Below, in pieces: positions 20,506 through 30,345 of a stretch of 64,000 nt of DNA (its first letter is position 1; every line of letters starts with the position of its first letter). The DNA lies in the IMG/VR virus record IMGVR_UViG_3300029305_003192; one strand, written 5' to 3'. Below the pieces are notes generated by a model, which was not told the origin of the DNA, did no database searches, and worked only from the letters and a program-made list of their open reading frames with translations. The translations under genes and the position numbers were made by a program. This DNA comes from a virus. Its lineage: Duplodnaviria; Caudoviricetes.

Positions 20506-21087
20506 TTAACTCTCGTGAAGCACGAGTTTCTTAACTGCTATCTTGAGCATTTCTCTGATTTGGGATTTAGCCACAATAATACATCCGGGTTCGAACGTAG
20601 TATCACTTTCGTTGAATTTTGGCGGATCTACTAGCATACACGAATGGGTAATTGGATGAAGAATGAATACTCTACCGAAATCATCGAGCATTTTCATGAA
20701 TCCTTCAGTGAGAGCATCAATCGCCAGACCATTAAATGGTTCAACCATTCGGGCAAGGTCTAAACATGGTATATTGATACGAACGAGAGGGTCTACCGTA
20801 AATGCCGCAGCTGAGTCGCTAGTATCCTCAAATTCGATCCACGATGCATCGGATATACTGAGAGATATTCGTCCCCTATCTTTATCGATATCCATTTTAC
20901 AAATAAACTTTGCAAGCTGCACACTATCGAAATGGATAAACATCCAGCAAAGCCTTTCAGGATGCTTTTCTATATCGAATTTCCTAGGAGCCTCAAACGT
21001 AAACTGTGATTTAGACGTCGAAGTTATTAACACATCTGCCAAGATGTGATGAGATTCATATAAAGCCGTAGGGCATATAGTAGTCAT
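20506..21087 (-). CDS. paralog array member 5 (unknown function)
   Basis: 193 aa; IPCLDL..AIDALTEGF shared motif. Confidence 0.7.
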   Translation of the reverse strand: MTTICPTALYESHHILADVLITSTSKSQFTFEAPRKFDIEKHPERLCWMFIHFDSVQLAKFICKMDIDKDRGRISLSISDASWIEFEDTSDSAAAFTVDPLVRINIPCLDLARMVEPFNGLAIDALTEGFMKMLDDFGRVFILHPITHSCMLVDPPKFNESDTTFEPGCIIVAKSQIREMLKIAVKKLVLHES

Positions 21088-21627
21088 TTACAAGACACAT
21101 CCTCTCTTATTACACTCAAAGATATTTCTGACTGCGATATCAAAGATATCAAACAACTGCTGTTCATCGAATTCTGGAGGCTCGATTGTGATTAGCGTAT
21201 TATTCGCATCCATCATATATGATGGTAGCTCACTAAGTATCATATGCTGAAATTCTTCCACCAGTATATCAATAGCGTATGAACGGCATCGGTCATTGAA
21301 CGATACTAGATCATATATTGGTATTTGTACCTCTGTAATCTTGGTACTATCTGACAAGGAATTGCCTTCAGCAACCATTAATCGTATAACGTTGAGTTCA
21401 ACAATGTCGTTGCGGTAAGAACCCATAAACACTGTCATTCTGGAAATGACTTCGTTACTTAAGAGCGATTCTGTTGTCAGATTAACTTGTATCGTCGTAA
21501 TTATGCTCGTACTATGATTATCAGTAATCGTTTCAATTGGAACGATTGTCATATTGGCTCTAGCTTTCGGTATAAACGTGTAGTTATATTTGATACACTT
21601 GATGTTAGTTACATTTGACATAAGCAT
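21088..21627 (-). CDS. paralog array member 4 (unknown function)
   Basis: 179 aa; IPIYDL..AIDILVEEF..LP motif. Confidence 0.7.
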   Translation of the reverse strand: MLMSNVTNIKCIKYNYTFIPKARANMTIVPIETITDNHSTSIITTIQVNLTTESLLSNEVISRMTVFMGSYRNDIVELNVIRLMVAEGNSLSDSTKITEVQIPIYDLVSFNDRCRSYAIDILVEEFQHMILSELPSYMMDANNTLITIEPPEFDEQQLFDIFDIAVRNIFECNKRGCVL

Positions 21628-21644
21628 TCTCCTTTGATTTAATA

Positions 21645-22214
21645 TTAGTGGGCAACGGATACCGCAGATGCAATAGCCTCGCGTAACTGAGTGGTTGTAG
21701 TAATTTGCTCTCCCAGTGTCAGAGGTGCACTACCAATTGTTAAAACGCACCTCTCAACCGCTTTAACCATATTACCATTACCCGTAACTACAAACGGTAA
21801 TTGGAATGTGACTATATCAGCAAGTTCCTCGGCGAGTATTTGCTTCGCATGCTGCATCATACGACCTCCAGAACGCATCAGATTAATGAGCGGATAGGCC
21901 GATTCATGTATCAGATAACAATCGTCCGGTCTTGGTAATGGGCGTTCATCGACGTTAATTTTATCATATATCTGCAAGTATACATCTAGGTTACCACTAC
22001 CTTTCCCAGGTGTTGCTAACCATACTTCCATATATTTGATCGGGTTTCCGTCCAGATAAATGACAAGGTTGACTAATCTCTGAGTATGATTCAAATCCTT
22101 ATTATAGCGGGCCTCTTCTTCAGAGATGGCATATAAAGCCATCTCTACACTAGACTGAGGAGTCAATAAATTTCCCACATCAATACAGTTGATTTTTCTT
22201 ATAGGCGATGCCAT
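21645..22214 (-). CDS. paralog array member 3 (unknown function)
   Basis: 189 aa; YPLINL..AKQILAEEL..LP motif. Confidence 0.7.
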   Translation of the reverse strand: MASPIRKINCIDVGNLLTPQSSVEMALYAISEEEARYNKDLNHTQRLVNLVIYLDGNPIKYMEVWLATPGKGSGNLDVYLQIYDKINVDERPLPRPDDCYLIHESAYPLINLMRSGGRMMQHAKQILAEELADIVTFQLPFVVTGNGNMVKAVERCVLTIGSAPLTLGEQITTTTQLREAIASAVSVAH

Positions 22215-22792
22215 TATACTCTCCTCCTTTTAGTGGTTTCGGGAATATCATCGGTTTCAGCACCATACCTATGTACGAGTGTATGAATGATATCAGGTTT
22301 CATATCTGCATTCTGGAAAGCATTATCCTTGCCATTACCGTCTGTATCAAGAATGCGAATAACACCCATTTTGTCTTTGATTACTATTGGAAGTAACAGG
22401 TTGGCAAACATCCATCTGATTTCTTCTTCGATAATCATTGCAGTATATTCAGTATACCTGCTATTGCCACATACACGTGTGAGCTGTCTGATTGGGAGCT
22501 GGTCAGAGGTGCAAAGAATTGTCTTTTCCATACCCCTCATGGTAAACATCTGGATGCAGAATGTGTCTATCGCGTCATTGCTCGAGTTAGGTACCAGCTC
22601 CAAATCTACATGGATTGTAGCAATCTCCCCACCCGACTCGTTGTCAATGTTTATCTCAAGCATCGATGGTGCTTGTTTCACTTCTCCCTCTGTAACGGCC
22701 TCTCTTCCAACCCAGACACAGATGCCTGAGTCGGTTTTAAATATTTCCTCTGTTTCGATATAGAATGCATGTTTCATTTCAAATACCTCCAT
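22214..22792 (-). CDS. paralog array member 2 (unknown function)
   Basis: 192 aa; LPIRQLTRVC..TEY..IIEEEI..LP motif, ends LVHRYGAE. Confidence 0.7.
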   Translation of the reverse strand: MEVFEMKHAFYIETEEIFKTDSGICVWVGREAVTEGEVKQAPSMLEINIDNESGGEIATIHVDLELVPNSSNDAIDTFCIQMFTMRGMEKTILCTSDQLPIRQLTRVCGNSRYTEYTAMIIEEEIRWMFANLLLPIVIKDKMGVIRILDTDGNGKDNAFQNADMKPDIIHTLVHRYGAETDDIPETTKRRRV

Positions 22793-22796
22793 TATT

Positions 22797-23366
22797 TTAG
22801 CAACTCATAAGTGTTATCGAATCTGCACCATACGCGTGTATCAGGATATAACGTATCGCGTCGATGAGATTGAAATTGTTAATATAATCTGCCTGCTTAC
22901 CCTGAGGTCTGATTAGGTGTCGTTTATGAGTAGGATTCATATCCGTGACTATCATGGGAAGCATCTGCGTTGTAATAGCATGTTTGATCTCATGCTCCAG
23001 CATATAACATACATACTCAGTACCGCGTCCATTACATAACTTGGTTAGCTGTACTCCCGGAATAAATGGTGTCGCACAGATAAAATCCGTCCCGCCATCA
23101 CTATTCGCAACTCTTGATATCGTGGCGTGGAAATCACCGTACTCACTCTTATCGATATCAATATTAAATACATCAATCACCGGTCCTTCGGGATATGTGT
23201 GAATACATAACTGACATACTCTTTTATCCTTGCCGAATACTCCTCCCATGTACGACTCCGCCGATGATTGGATTGTGAACACTGGGTCACAACTGTCAAA
23301 TGTGGGGTCATCTGAAATTACCATCCATGCTTTTTGCATCATAATTTTTACTCTCCTTTGATTCAT
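22797..23366 (-). CDS. paralog array member 1 (unknown function)
   Basis: 189 aa; IPGVQLTKLC..TEY..MLEHEI..LP motif, ends LIHAYGAD. Confidence 0.7.
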   Translation of the reverse strand: MNQRRVKIMMQKAWMVISDDPTFDSCDPVFTIQSSAESYMGGVFGKDKRVCQLCIHTYPEGPVIDVFNIDIDKSEYGDFHATISRVANSDGGTDFICATPFIPGVQLTKLCNGRGTEYVCYMLEHEIKHAITTQMLPMIVTDMNPTHKRHLIRPQGKQADYINNFNLIDAIRYILIHAYGADSITLMSC

Positions 23367-23373
23367 ATTTTAT

Positions 23374-24657
23374 TTATGCCTGGCTAATGATTTTAAGCTT
23401 ACCATCACTACCTTCAGTAACATTCGCTGGAACGAGGTTGCCTGCCTCATCAATAACGAAGAGCTTACTGGAGTCAATGTTGGATACAGCTGTCTCATTA
23501 TCCTTACAGCCTGCGATAGCGTCGAGTGCTGGCTGGATTGCAGCAAGCACTGCATTTCGGAACTTCTCGTCCTCCTCGAACTGCTTTCCGAATGTATTCT
23601 TAGCAAACTTTGTCACTTCTTTGTCAGTGTTAGCGAAGTAAAGAGCCTGTCCTCTACCCTCAATAAGACCGGCGTCCTTAGCGAACTGGTAGATTGAGTA
23701 TATAGGATCATATCCAATATCTTCTCTGAATACGAGGTTTACTTCACCACCGATGAATGCTGTCTTAGACTTCGCAACCTGTACTGAACACAGGAATCCG
23801 TCAAATCCATACTCTTCGACTGTGAACGCTTTAGCCTTAGCCGCAGATGGGTTCATACGGAACATTGATGATGCATAGAAGATTGGAGCTTCACCTCTTG
23901 GGAGAGCTTCAGTATCCTTAAGCATCATAAGCTGTGGCTTGGAGAAGTCAAACATATTAGCCTTAATCTTCGGTCTGAGGTGATTGATAGCGATAACGAT
24001 GATATTGTACTTAGCACAAACACCGAGCATCTTCTTATAGAACTGACCGATTTCCTTAGTTTCACGGTTAGCTGCCATACCACCTTCGAGTTCATCAACA
24101 CTGGTATCTTTAGATACGAAGGATGGTAATGAGTCGATGATAATGACCGTTGGTACATAGACTTTTACCTTATCCTTACCGAATACCCTACCATCGATGG
24201 AGTACATTGCAGCCGAACCAAGTTCTTCCTTTTCTTTAGCAATAGCATTGATTTGTGCCATTACTGTCTCAATATACGCATCGTCGTCGTTAAGAATGAT
24301 ACGTGGGTCATCTTCACTACTCTTTGTAATCTGATGAATACGTGGCTTGAATGCAGTATGCTCGCAGTCAGCAACCACCATAAGACCGTCTTCGAAGCCA
24401 TTGATGATATTATACGCCATCTGTGTGGCAAGCGTTGATTTACCGCCACCGGAACCTCCGATGATGGTAATGAACTTACCTCCCATAACGCCTGGGAGTA
24501 CAGTTACGTGTTCGGTACCATCAGCATCTTTATGATATACCTTAAACGCATTAACATAGTCGAGTGGTAAGAACCCCGTACTGTAGTTAGCGAAGATATT
24601 ATCAAACTTGAAGATACCTTTCTTGTCATTCTTTCTTAAATTATCAATAAGTGCCAT
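23374..24657 (-). CDS. uvsX: RecA/UvsX-like recombinase
   Basis: STGFLPLD, Walker A GGSGGGKST, ADCEH, Walker B IIIDSL, IAINHLR, GEAPIFYAS, KSK. Confidence 0.88.
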   Translation of the reverse strand: MALIDNLRKNDKKGIFKFDNIFANYSTGFLPLDYVNAFKVYHKDADGTEHVTVLPGVMGGKFITIIGGSGGGKSTLATQMAYNIINGFEDGLMVVADCEHTAFKPRIHQITKSSEDDPRIILNDDDAYIETVMAQINAIAKEKEELGSAAMYSIDGRVFGKDKVKVYVPTVIIIDSLPSFVSKDTSVDELEGGMAANRETKEIGQFYKKMLGVCAKYNIIVIAINHLRPKIKANMFDFSKPQLMMLKDTEALPRGEAPIFYASSMFRMNPSAAKAKAFTVEEYGFDGFLCSVQVAKSKTAFIGGEVNLVFREDIGYDPIYSIYQFAKDAGLIEGRGQALYFANTDKEVTKFAKNTFGKQFEEDEKFRNAVLAAIQPALDAIAGCKDNETAVSNIDSSKLFVIDEAGNLVPANVTEGSDGKLKIISQA

Positions 24658-24659
24658 AT

Positions 24660-24845
24660 TTATCCTTCTCCTTTCACTATTAAAGCACTTGAGCGTGCAC
24701 TGTGTATTATTGATATCAGGTCGAAAATAAAGTCGACCTTACGCCCATCTGATAACTGGTTAAATTCCGAGTCATTAGAGCATCTCAATAGCTCAGACTC
24801 AATGAATTCTGCAGTGTCATTTGGTTTGTGTGTTACTAATCCCAT
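24660..24845 (-). CDS. small hypothetical protein (61 aa)
   Basis: GGGAGGA RBS; abuts the recombinase gene. Confidence 0.6.
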   Translation of the reverse strand: MGLVTHKPNDTAEFIESELLRCSNDSEFNQLSDGRKVDFIFDLISIIHSARSSALIVKGEG

Positions 24846-24872
24846 TTTAGCATCCTCCCTTAGTTAAAGTCA

Positions 24873-25280
24873 TTATTCGTCTACCTCCACGAGTTCGTAT
24901 CTTACCTTAGCAACTCCATGATGTTCAAGGTCCCAATATGCCTTCTGGCATACTACTCGATAACACTCATCACCCTCGCATTCAAAAGTACCTTCAAGTA
25001 CCTTTGGAACATAGCAATGACAAGGTGTATCGAATATGCTGAACGGGTCGAGACTTGTAGACACAAAGAAGTCTCTCCTGTCACAATGACTGCAAGCAGT
25101 ATTCGTTACCGGGACAAGCGCGGACATTTTACTTCTTGTAGCATACGATTCGCTTGCAATCTTATTGAGCTTCTCGACCTTCTCACTTGCAAGTGGTTCG
25201 GTCATAAAGGTCTGACTTACGAACGTCTTTGTGGTAGTATTGTGGGTTTCGACAATTTCCATGATTTTGTAATGCTTCAT
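24873..25280 (-). CDS. Cys-containing hypothetical protein
   Basis: Probable start MKHYK (25280) after GGGGAG; CSHC..C.C..C. Confidence 0.6.
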   Translation of the reverse strand: MKHYKIMEIVETHNTTTKTFVSQTFMTEPLASEKVEKLNKIASESYATRSKMSALVPVTNTACSHCDRRDFFVSTSLDPFSIFDTPCHCYVPKVLEGTFECEGDECYRVVCQKAYWDLEHHGVAKVRYELVEVDE

Positions 25281-25397
25281 GTGTTTACTCTCCCCTTTAG
25301 ACAAAGCAATTATATATGGATATAAAAAATTTACGTATATCGTATCATGTTTAATTACCATCAAAGGCATAACTCCTTTGATGGTAATTAGTTGATA

Positions 25398-26183
25398 TTA
25401 CTTGCTTCTGATGATATCGCTCACACGAGCATTTCTTATGATATTAGAAGCGACTCTCTTGAGGACCTTATTGGCAATGGTCTTCTTCTCATATGGATAG
25501 TCGGTTGGATAGAGAGTTGTATCATTGCAACCTTCATATCTAACCTTAAGTGCAGTAGCGCTCTCAGCCGGTGTAAGCTGAATATGAATAGTTCTCTGAT
25601 GGAATGATGTCTTACCTTCTGGATTATCGAGAATCTTCTGAGCAAGCTGCTTGCCAATGGTTGATTCGGAAATAGTGATCTGATGGTCTTCAGATTCCAT
25701 ATTAACATTGGCAATGAGTACGAGAATCTTGTTGTATGTTGCCTTATCTTCTGCAACATCCTTTGACTCATCACTCCACATGAATGTCTTATCCTTGCTG
25801 CAGATAACGGTAGCCTTCATGATATCAACGCCTGTTGTATCAAGGGAAGTAACCATTCTCTGGACTGGAATAGCAATGAAGTATGTTACAGACTTACCTT
25901 CCATAGAAGCACATGGTCCTTCGGATAAGATGGATGTAACGTTGCACAGTCCCTTCTTGGATTCGTCACGAAGGTATGCATGTACACGCTTAGACCAGAA
26001 TGCATCGATTTCTGGAGAATCGTTGTAGTTGTCAGCGATAATGGTGATAGGACCATCTTCCTTGAGGTCACGTGGCTCAACGTTAGTCGGTTCTCTGAGA
26101 ATTGTGTCGAGTGCGAAGAGGTCGCAATCTCTCTTGTTTTTGTAAAGTTCTGCGGTGAAAAGGGCTTTGTTAATGAAATTCAT
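25398..26183 (-). CDS. hypothetical protein (261 aa)
   Basis: AAAGGAG RBS; flanked by hairpins. Confidence 0.72.
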   Translation of the reverse strand: MNFINKALFTAELYKNKRDCDLFALDTILREPTNVEPRDLKEDGPITIIADNYNDSPEIDAFWSKRVHAYLRDESKKGLCNVTSILSEGPCASMEGKSVTYFIAIPVQRMVTSLDTTGVDIMKATVICSKDKTFMWSDESKDVAEDKATYNKILVLIANVNMESEDHQITISESTIGKQLAQKILDNPEGKTSFHQRTIHIQLTPAESATALKVRYEGCNDTTLYPTDYPYEKKTIANKVLKRVASNIIRNARVSDIIRSK

Positions 26184-26252
26184 ATTTACTCTCCTTTATA
26201 TAAAAAAGAACGGATGAGTGGAGTACTCCTCCCACCCGTTCTTCATAATTAA

Positions 26253-27251
26253 TTAATCGATAAGGTTTGATACAGACAGAGGTCTGAAGAGATCATCAAA
26301 CTTGTCTCTATATCTGCAAATTGTCTTAGTGAGATTCGGATAAGCCGACTCACTGAGGCTTCTGAGGTCTACGCGAACCTCATGTTCGCCATTTTCGAGA
26401 GCTCTTGCAAGTCTCTTGATATAAACTTCAAGTACATGCTCTCGTGAATTGTTATCAGCTCTGTCGAGTGTATCGAGAGCGAACGCTGTAAGGGAATCCC
26501 ATACCTTGCGTACCTTCTTACTTGACAGTGATTCGATATGTTTGTTGGTTTCGAGTAAGATGAAGCTTGCAACTTCGTATCTTGACTCCTTGCCAAACAG
26601 AGTATCGAAGAACAGCTTCCAATCAACATCATCAAGGTCAGTATCACGATGGTCAATCATCTGATACATATTGGCAAGTACTGTATTGAGGTACACGCCA
26701 ACCTTAGGATTGTTGATGAAGCATGGGTCTGGCACCTGCTTGAGTGCCATCTTGCATACTGCCTTAGGAAGACCAGTTTCCTTAGCGAGCTTCTTAGCAT
26801 CCTTCTTAACAATGCTAAGGAGTGCATCGTTGAGTCTTTCAACGATTTCTGCATATTTGCGTACCTGGTCCTGTTTTGATTCTGCTTCTCTCTTCTTAAG
26901 ATCACCTTCAGCAAACTGTCTGTCGATGCCCTTATAAGCGGCATTAATTGAATCGATGCCGAAATTTACTACAGACAGCAGGAATGTTGCTGTAGAACGA
27001 CCGAACTTATTAGGTTCGTCTTCGATAAGCTCGCAGAGAAGTTCGAGCTTGCGTGGGTTGTCACAGATACCACCGTATACACCTTCAATGATGCCGGAGT
27101 AGTCTGTTATCTCACCTTTAGATGGATTAAATAACCATCCGTAGAAATCTGTGGAGCGAAGATACTCTCTCATGATCTTCTTCCACTTTTCTGCCTTCTT
27201 GATGTCCTTCTGGACAAAGTCCAGAAACATATTAGCATTGAACACTTTCAC
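26253..27251 (-). CDS. hypothetical all-helical protein (332 aa) downstream of tubulin
   Basis: GTG start with AAGGAGG RBS. Confidence 0.75.
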   Translation of the reverse strand: MKVFNANMFLDFVQKDIKKAEKWKKIMREYLRSTDFYGWLFNPSKGEITDYSGIIEGVYGGICDNPRKLELLCELIEDEPNKFGRSTATFLLSVVNFGIDSINAAYKGIDRQFAEGDLKKREAESKQDQVRKYAEIVERLNDALLSIVKKDAKKLAKETGLPKAVCKMALKQVPDPCFINNPKVGVYLNTVLANMYQMIDHRDTDLDDVDWKLFFDTLFGKESRYEVASFILLETNKHIESLSSKKVRKVWDSLTAFALDTLDRADNNSREHVLEVYIKRLARALENGEHEVRVDLRSLSESAYPNLTKTICRYRDKFDDLFRPLSVSNLID

Positions 27252-27337
27252 GTTCCTCCTTAAAAATTAGATTAGATAGTAGTTGCACCCAATGTGAAAT
27301 ATCACATTGGGTGCTTTCCTATCATATATCTTTGAAA

Positions 27338-28537
27338 TTAAAGACTGGATGTAAGGAAGTCTGGAAGTTCTTCAACTTCTTCATTTCCTACATTGTTTGC
27401 AGAACCCAGAATTTTGTCAACCTGTGGGTTCTTTGCATATGAAGCAAATGCCTTTGCATTATCAGCAATGCTGTAGCTTCTTTCCTTAATGGAATCCTCA
27501 TATGCATTGACTCTCTCGATACAACGATTGAGTCTGTCGTATGGCATACTCTGACCTGATACCAACATACCAAACTTAGCAGTTGGCTGGTCAGTGATTC
27601 CATAGTTTACAAAGATTTCGAACGGCTCACCGAGAGCATTGAAGAGTTCGGAATAGTCTGCCTTCTTAACTGGGTCGTCGATATTATCATCGACTTCGAG
27701 GCAGATGCCGAAATACTTCGAAAGCTTGTCTCTCTGTGGGTTTACTACAGATGTCTTTGCAAGACGAGTTGTAATAATCTTCTGAATACCATTATCAGAG
27801 ACCTCACTCATCTTGATACCTTCTGCAGAGAATGCTGTAATCATACCCTTACAGGAAATGATTGTGAGCATATTACGCTCATCAATCATACCATACTTTG
27901 TCATGATTGCATAATCGCCGCGAACTGTCTTAACGGCTCCTACGATATCTGCCGCTACCATGGTGTAAGATTCCTCAATATTATACTCAGTATACTTCTC
28001 GAGGTCGAATACCATGTATGGAATGTTCTTGCTCTTGTTGATAAGTTCAACTTCAGAGAAGAACTGAATAGCATTCTGCTGGCTATTGATAGACTCGGAG
28101 AGTCTTGGAAGGATACCAATCAGAATGATATTTTTACTAGGGTACTTGCTGGAAAGCTGGAATGCGATAGTTGGTGCAATACCAGAACCAGTACCGCCAG
28201 CGGTGGATGCAATCACGAAGATTACATCCTTATCGCTTACAAAGTCAACGAATTCGGGACCACTCATAAGCTTCTGAGACTGGTCCCATTCGCTATAGAG
28301 CTTCTTAGCGATTTCTCTGTTACGACCAGCACCTCTACCAAGAGATGCTGAGTCTTCGATGATGTAGCTTCTTACACCCTGAGGAACCACGGTATTGTCC
28401 AGGTCCCTTGCGGATGAGTTAATAAGAATGGTTTCTACACCATTCTTGTGAAGTTCGACGCCGGCCTGACCGCCGCCGTTACCAATACAGATTGCACCGA
28501 CTTTAAGTGCAACCTGATTAATTCTCTCCGTTGTCAT
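27338..28537 (-). CDS. tubulin/FtsZ-family GTPase (PhuZ/TubZ-like)
   Basis: ICIGNGGGQAG, GRGAGRNREIAK, signature AGGTGSG, ILPRLSE, IDERNM T7-like loop. Confidence 0.9.
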   Translation of the reverse strand: MTTERINQVALKVGAICIGNGGGQAGVELHKNGVETILINSSARDLDNTVVPQGVRSYIIEDSASLGRGAGRNREIAKKLYSEWDQSQKLMSGPEFVDFVSDKDVIFVIASTAGGTGSGIAPTIAFQLSSKYPSKNIILIGILPRLSESINSQQNAIQFFSEVELINKSKNIPYMVFDLEKYTEYNIEESYTMVAADIVGAVKTVRGDYAIMTKYGMIDERNMLTIISCKGMITAFSAEGIKMSEVSDNGIQKIITTRLAKTSVVNPQRDKLSKYFGICLEVDDNIDDPVKKADYSELFNALGEPFEIFVNYGITDQPTAKFGMLVSGQSMPYDRLNRCIERVNAYEDSIKERSYSIADNAKAFASYAKNPQVDKILGSANNVGNEEVEELPDFLTSSL

Positions 28538-29462
28538 TGCTTTCTTCCTCCTCAGGAATATTAGTTTCTTTTACGCTTTCGTCTTCAGCGATATCTTCAT
28601 CAAAGAGTTCATCGCCTTCAGGGCAGTATTCCTCATCATCAGATGGGCCGCAATCCTCATTTACAAATTCCTCAATATCCTCTTCATCAGAGTTATCTGT
28701 GAAGATATCATCATCTGGGTCGTCAACACCTTCGAGGAGAATATCCAATGGTTTTGATTTGATGACCTGGAAATCATATAAATAGTATTTCGTTGGATCC
28801 ATCTCTCTCTTGCATTTCTCCTCGACTTCCACCGATGGTGGGGCGATTAGGCATACTGCCTTAGAAGCATACTGGTCGCTCTTGTCGACAATATCATCAA
28901 CAGTTATTGGGCTGTTGATGAATTCCGCATGCTCGAAGAGCTTGTTAAACATCTTAAGCTTGCGAATTTCAAAGCATCTCTCGCCGCAGATGGTGAAATA
29001 GCTGGTATCAACATATTCATCGATGATGGATCGGATCACCCTTTCAAGGATGACCACTATTGAGTCATTGGTATCAAGAGCACATGCCTCATCGAACCTA
29101 TCCGCCTCCATACCAACTATTTCGAAGGTACATTTATTCTTACCTTCGGGTATGACTTTAACACCCTTCTTTACGGACATTCCAGTATAATCCCTGAGGT
29201 CCATCAGGAATGATACAGTCTCCCAGTCGTCGGTTGCCCCGTGAAGGAATACCTCTGGCCAAATACATGGTATGCTCGGTTTCGGCTGACTTTCATTCCC
29301 AATCGGGTTTGATAAAATTGGATTAGCCACAGCGCCATATGTGCTATTGAATTTAATCTGCTCCATACTGTTACGTAATGAGAGCATATCGTTCTGCTTA
29401 CGCAGATATTTAACCTTCTTACGGAGTTTCTTAAATTCCTTCTTCGATATCTTCTTAGCCAT
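28518..29462 (-). CDS. hypothetical protein, basic coiled-coil N-terminus and very acidic C-terminus
   Basis: Probable start MAKKISKK (29462); overlaps the tubulin start. Confidence 0.72.
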   Translation of the reverse strand: MAKKISKKEFKKLRKKVKYLRKQNDMLSLRNSMEQIKFNSTYGAVANPILSNPIGNESQPKPSIPCIWPEVFLHGATDDWETVSFLMDLRDYTGMSVKKGVKVIPEGKNKCTFEIVGMEADRFDEACALDTNDSIVVILERVIRSIIDEYVDTSYFTICGERCFEIRKLKMFNKLFEHAEFINSPITVDDIVDKSDQYASKAVCLIAPPSVEVEEKCKREMDPTKYYLYDFQVIKSKPLDILLEGVDDPDDDIFTDNSDEEDIEEFVNEDCGPSDDEEYCPEGDELFDEDIAEDESVKETNIPEEEESNDNGEN

Positions 29463-30225
29463 TGTTTTCTTCCTCCTCTTTGATTGTGAAGTCGATATTC
29501 TTAGTATCGTATATTGGGTTATACTCAAATGTCATAACCAGCTTCATGAGCTGGTATTCATAAGAGTACCCATTTTTTGGGACTTCGGCAGATTCGTAGA
29601 TCATAAAGTCGTCGTCGGTATTGATGTCCTCAAAGTCATTGACACCACGCAGTACTTCAAAGTCATCGACATCATCGACCATTGATGTTACCGATGCTGC
29701 GAGATTTACCAGGTTGATATTATCGGGCTTATAAGTATCAACGCTTTCGAGCAGTCTTCTCACCGCTGCGTCAATGACAGACGATGCGGTGTTGTATGAA
29801 AGACGGAGCTGATTTTCGTCATATTCACTTGATGTAGCGAAGTTGAATACTACACTCTTATCATCTTCACCATTTGGATTGAAGCTAAAGTATCTTGTGA
29901 CTGAATCACCGAGATGGTCGATGAGAACTGCTGTAAATGTCATGATGTAACCATATGGTGTTGTAAGCTTTGCAATCTTGCCGAGATTTACCTTATCGAA
30001 GTAGAAACGCATAGTTTCATCATCGTTAGGTCCACATGTCGTAGTTTCTACTGGTGACACGCGTACTTCTGGAACTCTGATTACGTCGTCTTCTTTCGGC
30101 TTATTACCGAACTTCTCAGCAATGACCATATCAGTCAATGTGCGCTGGTTGGTAGCCATATCAGCTACCAGTTTTTCAAGTGTTTTTACTCTCTTCTCGA
30201 GAGTCTTTTTGGTTTTCTTACCCAT
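29455..30225 (-). CDS. hypothetical protein with basic coiled-coil N-terminus
   Basis: Probable start MGKKTKK (30225) after GAAAGGA; first gene after TATATATCAT at 30290. Confidence 0.7.
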   Translation of the reverse strand: MGKKTKKTLEKRVKTLEKLVADMATNQRTLTDMVIAEKFGNKPKEDDVIRVPEVRVSPVETTTCGPNDDETMRFYFDKVNLGKIAKLTTPYGYIMTFTAVLIDHLGDSVTRYFSFNPNGEDDKSVVFNFATSSEYDENQLRLSYNTASSVIDAAVRRLLESVDTYKPDNINLVNLAASVTSMVDDVDDFEVLRGVNDFEDINTDDDFMIYESAEVPKNGYSYEYQLMKLVMTFEYNPIYDTKNIDFTIKEEEENNG

Positions 30226-30289
30226 AAGTAAAACCATCCTTTCTGTTAATATTTTCGAAAATATTGATGGCGTCATCGTCATCTAAGCA

Positions 30290-30299
30290 ATGATATATA
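30290..30299 (-). promoter_or_regulatory. putative early promoter TATATATCAT (tubulin operon)
   Basis: Exact motif just after a terminator hairpin. Confidence 0.7.
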
Positions 30300-30345
30300 C
30301 TTTAAAACCCCATAGCCACTGTAGGGCTATGGGGTTTTATATTAG

